From positions 1-40,221 of the forward strand of contig CBDUPA010000033.1 in assembly GCA_965368975.1 (NCBI GenBank): DNA of 40,221 nt. Direction: 5' to 3'. This DNA is from an uncultured bacterium (GTDB taxonomy: Bacteria; Acidobacteriota; Thermoanaerobaculia; Multivoradales; JAHZIX01). Shown here in pieces: positions 40,136-40,221 of this stretch. Every line of letters starts with the position of its first letter. Within the stretch, counting starts at the first letter, position 1. Below the pieces are notes generated by a model. It was given only the letters and a program-made list of their open reading frames with translations, was not told where the DNA came from and did no database searches. Both the position numbers and the translations under genes were made by a program.

Positions 40136-40221
40136 TCAGAAGGGAATGTCGTCGTCGGTCGGCCCGGTGTCGCCAGCATCGCCGAAGTCACCGCCGCTAC
40201 CGCCGCTACCGCCGCTACCGC
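40136..40221 (-). CDS. ssb: C-terminal tail of single-stranded DNA-binding protein (5'-truncated by the window edge)
   Basis: Hand translation of the minus strand: ...GSGGSGGSGGDFGDAGDTGPTDDDIPF*, a Gly-rich linker plus the hallmark DDDIPF tip. Not in the ORF track. Confidence 0.88.
   Translation of the reverse strand, partial: GSGGSGGSGGDFGDAGDTGPTDDDIPF

Noticed and set aside
40190-40221. 9-bp tandem repeat at the window end
   Set aside because: It encodes the GGS linker of SSB and is not an independent element.

Overview
High-GC bacterial chromosomal window; the protein styles suggest Acidobacteriota or a myxobacterium-like lineage (inference only). Left to right: the 3' part of an NRPS (A-T-C-A-T, no TE), a HepT/MntA toxin-antitoxin pair, a secreted nuclease, a beta-carbonic anhydrase and an Asp/Glu racemase. 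Next is a lower-GC island (~9.4-16.7 kb) with a tightly coupled four-gene operon: XRE-HTH + AAA_35-like NTPase; AAA_35-like NTPase fused to L-asparaginase; a second L-asparaginase with an extra C-terminal domain; and a YbaK/ProX-type tRNA-deacylase domain fused to a degenerate Asp racemase domain. After it come a TAP-like hydrolase/NatAB-like ABC/ECF sigma/anti-sigma operon, a UPF0175-PIN pair, amidohydrolase-lemA-M48 protease, a GH25 lysozyme, a MOCOS-like PLP enzyme next to a ComA-ComB fusion, an orphan LivK-like binding protein, a Cys-rich secreted protein, a kinase/FHA-sigma54 activator/kinase operon and the C-terminal tail of ssb. The best candidate for an undescribed system is the NTPase-asparaginase-YbaK/racemase island, which may be a conflict/defence system acting on Asn/Asp pools and aminoacyl-tRNA. 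All calls come from motif reading by eye; no searches were run.
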